Below the pieces are notes generated by a model that was given only the letters and a program-made list of their open reading frames with translations, did not search any database and was not told where the DNA came from. Both the position numbers and the translations under genes were made by a program. Shown here piece after piece: positions 35,780 through 52,205 of a stretch of 64,000 nt of DNA. Position 1 is the first letter of the stretch, and each line of letters begins with the position of its first letter. The stretch is taken from the NCBI GenBank assembly GCA_040357565.1, contig JBDODJ010000045.1; one strand, written 5' to 3'. The stretch is from Cercozoa sp. M6MM. Lineage: Eukaryota; Protista; Endomyxa: Ascetosporea.

Positions 35780-36191
35780 CGTGCTCCCAGCGGCTCTCGT
35801 CTGTGATTGAACCGGATCCGATCGACTTGAACTGATTTTTACCGTACTTACTGCGCGCATGGCAACACGGCTTATACACAACGCGGCGCTTGCGTCGTAC
35901 TGGTTCCAGTCAGTTCGCAATTCCGGCGGACATTCTCAGTGAAAACAAAGAACCTACCGCACAGCAACCATACAAGCGTCAGTTCAGTTCAGTTGCAACC
36001 AAAGTTCATTCAGCCACTCGGACTTTCTCTAGCCGGCACGCCAGTCCGCCGAAACAGCTGCCGGCGAATTGAACCTGCTTGAAAAAGTGCGAGTGCACGT
36101 GTTGACGTGCATTCCCTGAGCCAAACCTCAATATAGAGACTACGGATACGTTACATTTACTGCACATTGTGTCGATCGTGCGAAAGTTAAA

Positions 36192-36767
36192 ATGGAGTCG
36201 CCGCCGCCAATGGTACAGACGCCAACTAACTCGCCTTCAGTAGGTACATTATAAAAGTTCTGGTCTTTTTCGATTTCACAAGCACAAGTGCAGTCACCGC
36301 CGCGACCATTGGCACAGCGCGACTCGAGTGCGCAGCGGCAGAAAGATTTGCTCAGATGCGCGTTGCTGACGACGCGGACAGCGGCACCCTCACTGCGCCC
36401 GCAGCCAACTTGAACCGAGCTTTCACTCGACCCCCTACACCGCTTGGGGTCAGCTTTTTAGTGAACCGCACTGACCACTCCGATGTTTGTGAATTGCTTG
36501 CGCCTGACATGACAGGTTCAGTCTTCGGTACCAAGCGTTCCGGTAGGTTTGCACGCCGTTCCCGTTGTGGTGGCTCCGGTGACAGCCGGCGCGACCACAG
36601 TTCCTGCATTTATGGGTACTGTACAGTTGACAGCATTCCTATCAAACACTCGCATCGATCCTGAATCCCTATCCATTTTTGCCAAAACAGCGGTACAAGC
36701 GGTACCAGCGACGACAGACAGTACAACGCTGCCTCCTGTGGTTGAACAGTACGTTGCGCCTTGCTAA
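36192..36767 (+). CDS. Possible small Pro/Thr/Val-rich hypothetical protein
   Basis: ATG at 36192 with coding-like segments and splice-like sites, but no unique splicing solution found. Confidence 0.3.
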
Positions 36768-37574
36768 GAGCAATACAAGCGACACCAGGAATGTTCCGTA
36801 GCGGGCGCGGCGAAAACCTTGCTTTAAAAGCTGCCTGCAACTGCTCTGTCTTCTGCATCTTTGTTGCGATTCTAGTGTATATCCTGGTAAAGGCTTCCAC
36901 GTAGCGACGCAGTGACTCGTATTGTACAGTAAACAGACGTGCATGAACTTGTGATATCAATCCTGCCGCGTAAAGAAACTTATAATAGCGCAACTGTTTA
37001 TGTCATACTGTAAAACAGCGGAGCTGCGAAATTGGCGTTACGTTAAAAAAAAAGCTATATTAAAATCAAGGTACAGGTATTAATTATCAGAAGAAACAAG
37101 ACAATAAATTTACTAGCAAACAGTAATTGAGACTCCGGTCTTCAAAAAGGCGCGTCATGCTACGTCTTGGGACGTTCGGTTGACGAGAGAGGCAGGCACT
37201 CTCGAAGAGAGGATGAGACACAGCACGTCCATGTCGACAGTTGAGGCATCTTTTCGTGCGTCCTCTCCTATCCAGATCTCTACTAACGTAAATGTACCAT
37301 ATGGTAATACTGCTTTAACCAATCTTAAAATCTCAAGGTTGCTATTGTACGCGTTAGTTGAAGTCGGTTGGCCTCGTCGGGGTTTAATGTAAACTTACTG
37401 TACTCGCGACAATGCCACCAGTCGATCCCACTCATCCCCAGCCAATCGCGATCAGGTCGATCCGTCGTCAGTCAAGTCGCATCGAGTTATGCGGACACGA
37501 GAAGATCAGCGCCCGACAGCGCGGGAAAGAAACCAACGGAAAGCGAAGTTAAATTCGATTCAGGTTAGTTTACG

Positions 37575-40500
37575 TTACTCCGGACTGAGCGTCGCGTCGG
37601 CAGACATCTCGTCCATGTAACGCACGGTTTCGTGCTCCTGCGTTGGGAGCTGCCACTTGTCGGCCTGCTCGGGGAAGGCCACGGCCACGGCCTGTCGGAT
37701 GTGCGTGAGGTAGTGCACCTCGAAGGCACTGCGAATGGCCGGCGGCAGCTCTTCAAAGTCGCGCTTGTTCTCGGCAGGCAGCAGAAGCGTCGTGATGCCC
37801 GCACTACCGAGATAACCCAGTATGGTACCAAGTTAGGGACAGGGGGTAAGCGTACCGCATGGCAGCCATTGCCTTTTGTTTGACACCACCAATAGGCAGC
37901 ACGAGACCTGCAGAAGCACGCAGCGTCAAAGGCCCTATACAGTGTATAGGGCAGCAGCAGTACCCGTGGTGGTGACCTCGCCTGTCATGGCCAGGTCTGG
38001 CCGCAGCGGCGTGTCCGTGGCGAGCGACAGGAAGGCCAGCACGGCCGCCACACCGGCACTCGGACCATCCTACCACAGCAGCATGTGTACTTCAAAGCAA
38101 AACTCAACTAGATTAGTCATGCAGACGGCCAGTACCTTGGGCGTGGCACCCTCGGGTACATGCAGATGCACGCGCGCCTCCCGGAAGAACTTGTTGTCCG
38201 GCTCATGCTGTAGCCAACACAGACATATCACATGAGCCTTAGTCCCTGCACAACTTAGTTTGTGCCTACCTTGAGCAAGAGCGAGCTGGCCACGATCTGA
38301 GCGATTCGCATACTCTCCTGCACACACCCAACAAAACAAATGTCAGGTTGCAATCTCCTTCAGACAGTACGAACGGTACCTTCATGACATCGCCAAGCAT
38401 GCCCGTCACATCCACTGCCGGGTACTTGTTTTCTGCGTCCTTTGCATGCACGGACAGGGTAAGACAGTACATAAGGTATAGTTGGGGGAGGGCAGGGTAC
38501 CCTTGAAGTAACGCACGACTCGAGGTACAAGGCCGAGCCACCGACCTCGTTGTAGGCCAGGCCCATGACAACGCCGACGGGCGTTGATTCGAACATGCGT
38601 TCCTTGCTGAACTTGGGCTTGCCCAGCAGTTTCTCCAGCACTGTCGCGTCAATGTGCAGCGTCGGTTTGAGCTTCAAACACCAACCAAAACACCCTACTT
38701 AACACCAACCAGAAAGACAAGAAAGCTACCTCCTCCAGTTTCGACTCGTCAATGCGCGTGCCATCGCCGTCGTGCCTGATGTAGGGCGCTACCTTGCGTG
38801 CCTGGAAAGGAGGGTCCATGATCACACAGAGCAAAGGACAAAGGACAAAGGACAAAAGACAAGGAACACAGATCAGTTACCAGCTTGCGCAGCAGCTTAT
38901 CGACGTGCTGATCGAGTCGTCGCACGCCACTCTCGCGGCAGTACTTGTTGATCAGCGTGTCCACAGCCTCGGTCGTGATGGACAGGCCGTCGTCGGCGTC
39001 GAGCTCAAAGTGCTGCTTGGGGTCCTCCAGGTCGCTGCGCAGGAAGGCCAGACCGTTGCGCTCGATGGCACGCGGAATCAGGTATCGCGACGCGATCTCG
39101 CGCTTCTCGTGCGGCGTGTAGCCCGTGAGCGAGATGAACTCCATGCGGTCCGCCAGCGGGCCTGGAATACCGTCTCGGTAGTTGGCCTACCACCGTACAA
39201 ACATACACGGTACAAACATACACAGGTACAAACATACACGGTACAAACAGACGTAGAAATTGGACAGAACCAAAAGAATTACCGTCGTGAGGAACAACAC
39301 GCGCGACAGATCCACCGGCACGTCAAAGTACTGATCCGCGAACTCCGAGTTCTGCGACGGGTCCAGAACCTGCACACCAGACACAAGCGTCAAGTCACAG
39401 CAAACATGATGCAAACTGGACCCTGTACACACATGGATTGGCACGTGCTTACCTCAAGCAGCGCGCTTGACGGGTCGCCACGCGCCGTGGCACCCGGAAT
39501 TTTATCGATCTCGTCGATCATGATGACGGGGTTTTCGGTACCGCACCTGTTGGGGGGGGGGGTACCAAGCCTAGTAAGAGTGAGACAACTAGTCATACCG
39601 CTTCAGGCCCTGCACGAATCGACCGGGCAGTGCACCGATGTAAGTCCTGCGGTGACCCTTGAGTTCGTGCACATCGTTGAGTCCACCCACCGACAGTCGG
39701 TAGAATTCGCGGCCACTGTAATACACACACACGTATCACGAGAGTCCTACGACACGAGAGTACTACAAAACAACTGTACAGAGCAGCAGCCACAGACTTG
39801 CCGATCGATGTCTTGCCTGTTGTGACACATCAACATCAATCACATTCCCAGAAACAACTGTACCGACACCCGGCGGTCCAATCAGACACAGGATCTTGCC
39901 GCTCTGGGCCCACTTCGGATCGGCTTGCAGCGCCTGCTCGCACCAGTTTATTCACCCACTTACACAGACACACACACACGAACATGTACACACACACACC
40001 TTGATGTGCTCGACAACTTCCTTGTCGATGTCGAGGCTCTTTGCTTCTGTCTCTTCGACCGACTGCTTGGCCTGCACGCTTGAATCTTTAAAAAGAAAAC
40101 ACAGTTTGAAACAGCACAAGGTATACGCAGTACCAGCTCGGGGAACAAGTCGGACACCTCGCGATCGATCTTGTCAAAGTCGACCACATCCACGAGAGCG
40201 CTCGCCAGTGCATCCTGCAAACACACTCCAAGATATTTAACTTGCCGTAACTTGACATCAGGAAGTACCTTGGACATTCGTGAGTAGCCCTTGACATGTC
40301 GAGCCTTGACAGCTTCGATCAGCTGAAGGAACCCATCGTTCAGCACTCTTAATATTGGCAGCTTGGAAGCACGTGAGTACCTGTGCTTTGGGCAGGTGTG
40401 TCAACAGCTTGGAGAACTCGGTCTTGGCCTTGGCGGTGGCTGCCTCGCGACGCAGCTTGCCGACGGCGATGAACTCCAAGATGCGTTCTTTCACGTCCTC

Positions 40501-42873
40501 GAGTCCAAAATGATCCAGATCGAGCTGTCGCTGCGCGTGCTCCAAGTCGAGATTGTCGGGAGATCGGTGGCCCCATGGCACTGCCCAAGAACAAACGAGA
40601 TGAAACACTAGGGCCTTTGGCTGCCTAGAAGAGGGTGTACCGGAAGTGAGCCACTCAAGGTGATCGAGCGAGACGCGGAAGTCCTGCTGCTGCGGGTTCA
40701 TACCGCGCAGTCGCTTGACTTCCTCGTCGAAGGCTTCGCGCACAGCCGGCGGCAGTTTCAATCCGCGGTCCTGGTCACAAGAAAACACAGCCTCTGCGGA
40801 AGAAGGTACACCGTACAAAGAGACGCACCACAATTCGCTTCTCAAACTTCTCGGCGAGCTTGTCAGCATCCGTGTCCTGATCGAGGCCGAGTTCCTTCTT
40901 GATGGCGGCTAGTTGGCCCATCAACATCATCTTCTCGTGCTGGTCGCGCATCTCCTGCTCTACCTCCCTGCACGAAAAAACACAGGACGTCTAGCATTAA
41001 CACACAGAAACAGGTGTGCACAGGTTTAAACTACTTGGAAATCTTGTCGCGGTATCGAATGAACTCCTACAGAACAAGTCGTCGTGAGTAATTTTACTGC
41101 AAGGCGAAGAAACATCGCACCTTTTCGTTCTCAAGCAGACGCAATGCGATGGAAACGCGCTCACCGACGTCGGTTTTCTCGAGCATCTTCTGCAACTCCG
41201 ACGCAGGTGCTGTGCTGAGTGCGGCTGCGACATCGGCCAGCTTGCCGGGTTTCTGCAATCGGAGTTAAAGAAAATTATCTACTGGCAACATCAACAGGAA
41301 GGACACAGAAAACTCACATCGAGTTCAAAGTCGGAGCCGTTTTCGACAACGTACTTGATGAGACTGTCAAAATACAATAGTTGTATAACAATGGAAAATA
41401 AAAGGACAAAAGGCAAACATTGATACCTGCCAAAAGTGTGGTCCATGTCCACAAGCTCCTGCAATCTTCGGAACACAGCCTGGCCGTAGCCCTGATTGCA
41501 TCAGCACACATACACACCAACACAAAGGAGATCAGGAGCAAAGACGGTTACCGTGATTTCCTTGCTTTGCTCCTCCGAAATATCCGTGGGCACCTGCAAA
41601 AAAAAACATAGTTGAAAAGTTGAATCGTAGCAGAACATGTCAAAACTGTAGTGTACTTCGGATTCACGTCTTAGATGTTTGATCGGCGCCAGCGGGAAGT
41701 CTAAATACATCATGTACCGAATAAACGAGAAAGGAAGAAACTCAACACACCCCTCAACCGCGTTGATTCCTTCAGCTTTCGCTCGAACGATTCATCGTCT
41801 GAAACCACAAGAGAATGAGAAAAATGTTGCGCTTGGCTATTCTTGGTGTCGGACTACCTGTAGGCTTGCCATTGCTCTCACTCGCCTCGGCCGCCTTCTT
41901 CTCGGCCTCAAAGTCAGTTTGACAGCGCCACAGCGACTCAACTTGCACGATCAACACATCTGCGCCGGCAAACATGAGGCGACAGAAGAAAAGAACGGGG
42001 GCTAAAATATCGCTGGCGTACCGTCATGTCTGTGGATAGAGTGCAGCATAGCGTAGGTGCCGGTTGGGCACACTTCGTCCGGGTCGTGCACTGCCTGCAA
42101 CACCGGATTCGTGCGCATTCGCGTGCGCTCGCTCCAACCTGTTGACAGAGGCATTAAAGCGAGCCACTGTGCGGGGAAAAGTGAGTGTACTGGGCGTGTC
42201 CTCCTCGACGCCAGTGACGGAAGCCTTGTCGACGAATACACCGAGATATCGGTGCGACGGTGACTGAATTAAAAAGTTTGAGATAGAACGATATTAGTCA
42301 AGATAAAAAGTGAAAAGATAAAAAGAGAAAAGGGGGAGGAAGCAGCATTTTACGCCATGCCACAGCCGCATGATGGCAGCTTTCGTGTCTGAGTCTGTCA
42401 CAGCGAACATTGATCGGAATCCCGGCATCAGTGGTCGTCCTGCAAAAACACAAAGGTGTATTTCCAAGTCGGATGCAGTGTTAAAGGCAAAAGTTTACCA
42501 ACTCGGAACATTGTGACATGCGGCATCTGCATAAAGTACTCGCGCGGGTTGATCAGCTGCTGAAAAGCCTGTGAATTAAATACACGAGGAAGGTACCAAG
42601 TGGTTGAAAAATATGGTGAGTTATACAACAAGTCAAACCTTATCGCGGTCCTTCTTGGAGATCGCCTTGTCCGGTTTGTCTTCAATTAGCTTGCCTTCAC
42701 TCTTCTTCTTGGCATCGTCGCCCTTCCACCTTCGTTGCTGTCATGCAAACACATTTCGTCAGTTCACAAGCACCTTTCACTAAGCAGTATACCGAAGAAG
42801 TGAGTGAACGCGTCAACGTGCTGCGTAGTTGGCCAGCTCGTCGTGTCGCCACACGGATCACGGCAGAAGACAT
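37575..42873 (-). CDS. LONP1: Mitochondrial-type Lon protease
   Basis: [18 protein letters not shown], Walker A GPPGVGKT, Walker [26 protein letters not shown], catalytic PKDGPSAG and PIGGVKQK. Presequence-like [12 protein letters not shown]. Confidence 0.95.
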
Positions 42874-43371
42874 TTCTTGTTTGCGAAACGCAAAAGACGC
42901 TCAAATTAGAAATTCGCTTTCTGATTTGCGGTCTTTCCTAGTCTCTCGAGCTCTCTGCACAATTATAACGTCAGCAGGCGCACTGATGAGCTGAACAAAT
43001 GTCAGAATCGCAACACACAGGCTTTCTTTCCCAATTAGGATGATGATCGCTTGAATGAAGCTTGCCTGCAGAATGTTCTGTGACCCTTGAAAATCCTTCA
43101 TTTCTTTGGATACACTGCACTAGCCATCTTCGAACTCTGCTAAAATCTGTCCCTATTGACCTTTAATGGCATGGCTCCATAAAAGCTTGTAAGAAAAGCA
43201 GTGCTTCAAGAAAACATGAAAGCACTGTTTCTGTGTTTGCGGACCATGGGAAAACTGGTCGAATTGGACCGAAAATTCCAAGCCATCATGTCGCAATCAA
43301 GAGCTTAAAACCACTCTAAAGAGCCACACCACTATCGCGAGCAGAGTTAAACTTTAGTTGCAGGCTCTTAA

Positions 43372-46368
<2,997 letters not shown>

Positions 46369-46615
46369 TCTCTTCGTCTGCGTCGCGCTAGCGTAGCTTC
46401 AGGTTGTTAATCAGTCACGCTAGGGTCGAGCATTCTAAGTACCGCACCCAGGCAGACCTCGACTATTTCACGCTATAAACCAGTAACTAAGGTATTGAAG
46501 ACGACAAAATATAGGAAGTGGAGGATTAGAATACAATCAACTAGTTGAGTTATTTCGTTTTTGATGTATGGTACACATTTCAGCAAACTAGGTTGTGATT
46601 GAACGGAGCTATTAC

Positions 46616-47231
46616 TTAGCCGAGCTGCTGCACGAGCTGCTGCACGAGTGCGTCAACGCCGCTCTTGTCGAGACCGGAGTGTTGCTGCAGTACGCGGCGC
46701 GCCTTGCCGGCCTGCAAGAAGCAAAGAGTGAAGGAACGGCAGTTAACAGAGAGTACAATGGGTCAAGAGGGTGATCACTGAATGAGTACCGGCATGGCCC
46801 ACTGAGCGCGCTGTGCCATGCACTTCTTGGTGAGCAGTGCCAGGGCCAGTAGGGTCGCCACGGCCACATCGTCAGCATTGTCGCTGCGCAGCAACATAGT
46901 GTAGATAGATAGTAAGATAAATAGTAGTTAGTGAGACAGTTTGATAGGAGAGATGGACAGAAAGTGAGATAGATGACAGAGGAAGGGAAGTACCCAAGCA
47001 GAGCGCGCGCCTTGTCGGCTTGTGCCTGCAGCTCAGTCGGCAGCGCCGAGAGCGACCAGGAACCGTCGAGTGCCTGCGCCTTGACCAGGGTGGTCGTGAG
47101 TGCGGCATCACCGGCCGTCACAGGCTTGCGTTCCTCCTGTCGGCGACTCTCGAAGGCCGACATGTCACGCGCCTTGCTCTTGGCCTTCTTCTTCTTGGCT
47201 CGACTGCACTCAATTAAGACATATACAAGCG

Positions 47232-47279
<48 letters not shown>

Positions 47280-50200
47280 ATAGAGTATGTACACAAATAA
47301 TACAAACATATATACATGCAATAATATATATGTAGATATATATATATATATATCGACACAGTGTATGTACATGGGAGCAGGAACGCATGCGGCAGAGCGA
47401 GCCATCGGAGCGCCCTGCAAGCACTAGATAGTGATAGTAGAGACAAGACCGAGAGGTAACTACCGGTGCAGCGGGCGGTGCAGCGGCAAAGGACATGGAG
47501 ACCGGTGCGATGGGCGCCTCGTAGGCACGCTCGCACACACTCTCGTCGAAGCAGCTGTCGAGACACTCGTCGACGGCGACAGGGCCGCGACTGCTGCTGC
47601 TGCTGCTGCTGTTGGAGGAGAAGGCACTGCGCAGCCGACTGAAGAAACCGCTGCCACCGCCGCCGCTGGCTCGGGCCATCTGAGGCTCCGGGTCCGCCTG
47701 CAGCAGTGACGACGACTTGAGCACGTGTCTGCCTCCCAGGAAGTTTTCACATTCGTCCTCCTGCCGTACAGGGTCATTCGGGGTTGGGGAAGGGTCAGGG
47801 GAAGGGTTAGGGAAGGGTCAGGGGAAAGGATCAAAGAACGGGCCAAAGGAAATAGACAAAGGAATGGTCAAAGAACGGTTGAAAAGAAATGGACAAATGT
47901 CAGAGGGTCTGGGTCAGAGGGTCTGGGTACCTCCAATTCTTCCTCTTCTTCCTCCAGGTCATCAACGTCCATACGGATGTCGCCGTCGTCGTCGTCGCCC
48001 ATGCAGATGTCGTCCACATCAGCTTCCTCTGGTTCGGAGTCATCCACAGCCACGAACGAGGCGGCCGAGCACGCCAGTTGGTACCTGGGATGGCAGGGTA
48101 AAGAAGTGTCAGATGGGCAAAAAGCAAGGTGTCTGTACCGCACGCCCAGCATGGCAAGCTCGCCGTAGACGTCGCTGTTGCCCTTCTCCATCAGCTGCTC
48201 GAGTTCCTTGATGCGTCGGCGTGCCATCAGGCGGTGGATGGTGCTGCCCACCTGTACACATGTCCAACGGTAACATCGTACACCATACATACTAACAGGC
48301 ATGTAAAGTGATAGAGCGAAAGGTACGCGAACAGAGGCTTCAGTCAGCGGCAGCTCGAGTGCAAAGTCGCGGCTCAGCTTGTCTCCCTCGGGCTGATGCA
48401 GCACGCCAGTCAGCACGCAGCTTTCCTATCACCAAGAAGTAGGGTAAGGGAGGTTAGGGAAAGGGTAGAGGGTCAAAGGGTATAGTACTTGCTGCTGCTG
48501 CATGAGTTGCTTCCACTGCGACACTGACACATCCTCGCGCACACTGTACAGACACTGACGCGACTGCTCCGTGCCCGGGAAGAGCGTCTGCGGCAACTGC
48601 TCCGGCACGCGTTGCGTAGGCTCCAGTGCAGGCGGGTAGGCCAGGTTCCTGGGACAGGGGGTAAGGCGTAAACAGAGGGGTGTGTAGAGAGCTAGATGAC
48701 AAATGTACAGTGATGACACAGGCGGCTGCAGTGCTGCCACCAACAATGTCATCACCAGGTCGCCTGCCTCTGACGGCTTGTTGATGAAAGCCGCCGTGCC
48801 CTTGCCAGCATCAGCAATGCCGCGCACACTGCGTGCACACAAGATAACCCTCCTGCCGATTCACTTCCACCCGCAGCACTAGGGTAAGAGAGTTACAGTG
48901 CGCGATCGACGCCACCGCCGAGACCAAAGGCGAACACGCGTTGTTCGCCAGCATGCGTGGCCACACAGCGCACACACGCGTCGCGGTTGCTCACTTGACC
49001 GTCCGTCAGCAGGAAGATCTGCGTACACAGGCATGTACCAGTTAAGGTACCCCTGGTACACACGGTGAGTATGATACCTGGCGAGGGTAGGCCGGGTCCA
49101 CTGTCTGTTTGAACAGGTTCTGCAGCGGTCGCAGGATGTCCGTGCCGCCCGAAGCCTGCAACAAGAGGACAGTAACAAAGTGTATGTGTGTGTGGGGGGA
49201 GGGTAGATCAAGCACCCGCAGCTTGCGCACGAAAGCATCGGCATCGTCGCGCGACTTCTGCGTCAGCGGCTGCGATTTGCTGAAGCACGACGAGTACGAC
49301 GAGTCGAAAGCGATGATGTTGAAGCGCGCATTCGACGGCAGCGAACGCAGGAACACCTGCACGACCGACCGACATGGTTTTCGACAAGACAGTGGGGGGG
49401 GGTACTCGGGTACCTGCAGAGTCTCCTTGACCGAACTCATGGCATCGCCGTACATGCTGCCCGACTTGTCCACCAAAAAGATCAGCTCGCACGGCAGCTC
49501 GAGTGCCTCGTCGATCTCCAACTGACGGGCGCACCTAACACAAGCGATACAGGGCAAAGGTAAAGCTTAGAAAGAACAGCACGAAGGGTAAAGACAAGGG
49601 TAAAGGGCAGAGGTAGGGGTAAAGTTATGGGGACAGGGTAAGGGGTAAAGACAAGGGGTAAATGGTAAGTCAAGGGGTAAGGGTAAGTCAAGGGGTAAAG
49701 GGTACAACAAGGGGTCAAAGGTAAACGGCAAGGGGAAAGAGATACAGGACAAAAGGTAAAGGAGGGATACAGAGTGACACGCGTGGCCACCGACTCGTGT
49801 TCGGGCGAGTACTCGATGGCACCCTGCGCCTGCGTCTCCTCCAGGCGCAGCAGCACACGCAGCGTGCGACTGCCGGCCTGCATGCCGCCGAACTCGGCCT
49901 GCTTGAGCGACACCTCGGCACCGCCCTCGGCCTCCAGGTTGACCTCGGCGCCGTCGACACCGCCTTCCACGCGGATGTCCTGCACGGGCGATGACGTGAC
50001 CGCCTTCAACTCAAAGTCGAGGTTCATCGGCGACGACTTGGCCGTGGCGACGCCGAGTTCGTTGAGCGCCATGCTGCCGCAGTGGCCCGACTCGGGAGTC
50101 TTCTCGCCCAGCATGCGGCGCAGCGGTGCCTGGCAAAAGAGGTGCACATAAATCTATTTTGTTAAAGCACAGACAAGTCAGAGTGCAATTTACCACAGCA

Positions 50201-50869
50201 GTCGGCAACTCAAACACAGTGTTATCGCCTTCGAAACGCAGTTCGGCAATGTAGGTCACCTCGATCGTGATGAGCGAGTTCGCCTCGCCTGGCAGGGCAC
50301 CCAGTTCCACTGTAAACGTGTCGGCATTCGAGGGGTCGCGCTAAGGGAAACGCACAGGGTCGAATCAAACGGATCCAGGCAAATAAACCCAAGAAAACCA
50401 AACACACCTCGAGCAGAGCAGCACGCTTGCCTTGACGCAGCGCTTTCTCAAAGGTGCGACGCGCTTGCTTCTTCTCCTGCACCTTGGCCGAGAGCTTGCG
50501 ACCACCAATGTCGGCCTTGAACTCGCACACGGCGGCGTTCTCGTCCAGCGGCAGTGCGTACTTCAGTCGCGACACCGGCGCGTTTTCGACACTTGAGACA
50601 CGCTTCTGCAGCAGACCACGGGACACGCCGTCGTACTCGAACTGCAGCGTCAGCTTGACCTCGCACGCAAAGTCATCCACCAACTTGGCTCGCACCTGCG
50701 CTCCTCGCTGCACACCCCAACATTTCGCTCGGTTTCTATCGGTGGAAGAATGTGAGAAAGCAAACGACTGTTGCCGTACCTGGGGCAGGAAGATCGGGCC
50801 CGTGTAGATGTCGTCGACACACGGCGGCAGAATGTAGCAGCCGCAGCACAACTCTTGGTCAATGGTCAT
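46616..50869 (-). CDS. VIT plus von Willebrand A domain protein (VWA5A-like)
   Basis: VIT motif YALPLDENAAVCEFKADIGGR. MIDAS DKSGSM, GGTDI and LLTDGQV. C-terminal QALDGSW. Confidence 0.9.
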
Positions 50870-51398
50870 TTTGGGAAACAGTTGGCGCAGGAAGGATATG
50901 AGACTGGGGAAGGCCAAAAGTCTGAGAAGAACTCAATAATGCGGATAGCACAATGGAAAAACAGAACAAAAAAGAATGCTGTTGGTGAGCTGCCACAGAA
51001 AGGGAATTTCGGCAGCCACGCTCTGATCCAGTCGTGGTTGAAAGAAAATAATGGGAAAACCAAGCAGCTACGTCGCCGGTCACAGTGATGGCTTACCTCC
51101 TAGTGCACAGATGGGACAGGACTAAACTACAGCAGTAACAAGCAGTTAGTGCTGTTCCAGGTACGATCGTATCGTTATCAAGCAAGAATGAGTTGAAATG
51201 ACCACTGTCGATCGGGTCGTGTTCGTTATCAAGAATACGATGACTCAGCTCCTGTCAAACGTTCACCCACTTCATGGGTCCTTTTTTTAAGGATCTAGAA
51301 CATGATGATTTTCGTGTATACTGTAGCAAAGTTTAAAATCAATCGAATCTAGCACAGTTTTGGAGTGCGTCGGCCGTGATTTTAAGTCGGCCGTGATT

Positions 51399-51883
51399 TT
51401 ACATGTGCTTGTTGGCCTGTGCAATAAAATAAACGTCAGGTGAAGGCAGATAACGTCACGCACAGATTTGTGGAAGTGAACTCACGTGTTGCTCTTGTTG
51501 GAGTTGTGCAGCCCGGGCCCGAGCATTCTGAATCTCTTGCAACAGCCGTCGCTCTTCATCGCGTTCGTGTCGCGCGCGTGCCCAGTCCAGGTGTTCCTGC
51601 GTATGATGCGAAACTACTGAGCACAAGGCAGATGTGTGCATCGAGTACTTCAAGGTTGTTGGCGTGTCGTAACAGTCGCTCGACACGCGGGTCCTGCTGC
51701 CGTTGCTGTGAGGGGAACAACAGCGCTGTTAGCCAGCTCGGCGCAAATCTCGCCGCCAGAGCGATCACCACCTGTCGGCCACAGTTTGCAGAAAAACCTC
51801 GAATTAACTCCCATGTGTCAAATTTTGAATACCAGCACGACGAAAGCGATGAGAATGACAAAGCCATTGTCGGTCAAGATCAT
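51399..51883 (-). CDS. Small single-pass membrane protein with coiled-coil tail
   Basis: Spliced MILTDNGFVILIAFVVLVVIALAARF...EHLDWARARHERDEERRLLQEIQ...ANKHM*. Confidence 0.55.
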
Positions 51884-52205
51884 TTTTGGATATTTGCTTT
51901 TTGCAAGACCCAGAGACGGGCAGTCTGTTCTGAAAGTGAGAAAACACAACTAAATCAACGATTAAAACCAGAAAAGCGGGCCTGCGCGTCTCAACGAGGT
52001 TGCAGATCGGCTGGGATTTTCTTTATTTTTCTGGCCACCGAATGGTACAGGTGTACAGTTTTGCTGTCCAGCGTGCTGGAGCGGGGGCCGGTCTAATTGC
52101 GCGAAAGGAAGGCTGCTTGGTGCCACTGTGTGGGCCCTTGCCGCGTCACCGGGCTGATCGAGTCTCTGCAGCTCCATAGGATTCGGAAGCAAGCTACCCA
52201 TTTCA

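Noticed and set aside
51399-51883. Selenoprotein S-like gene
   Set aside because: The spliced frame ends ANKHM-TAA with no in-frame TGA, Gly-rich tail or SECIS.
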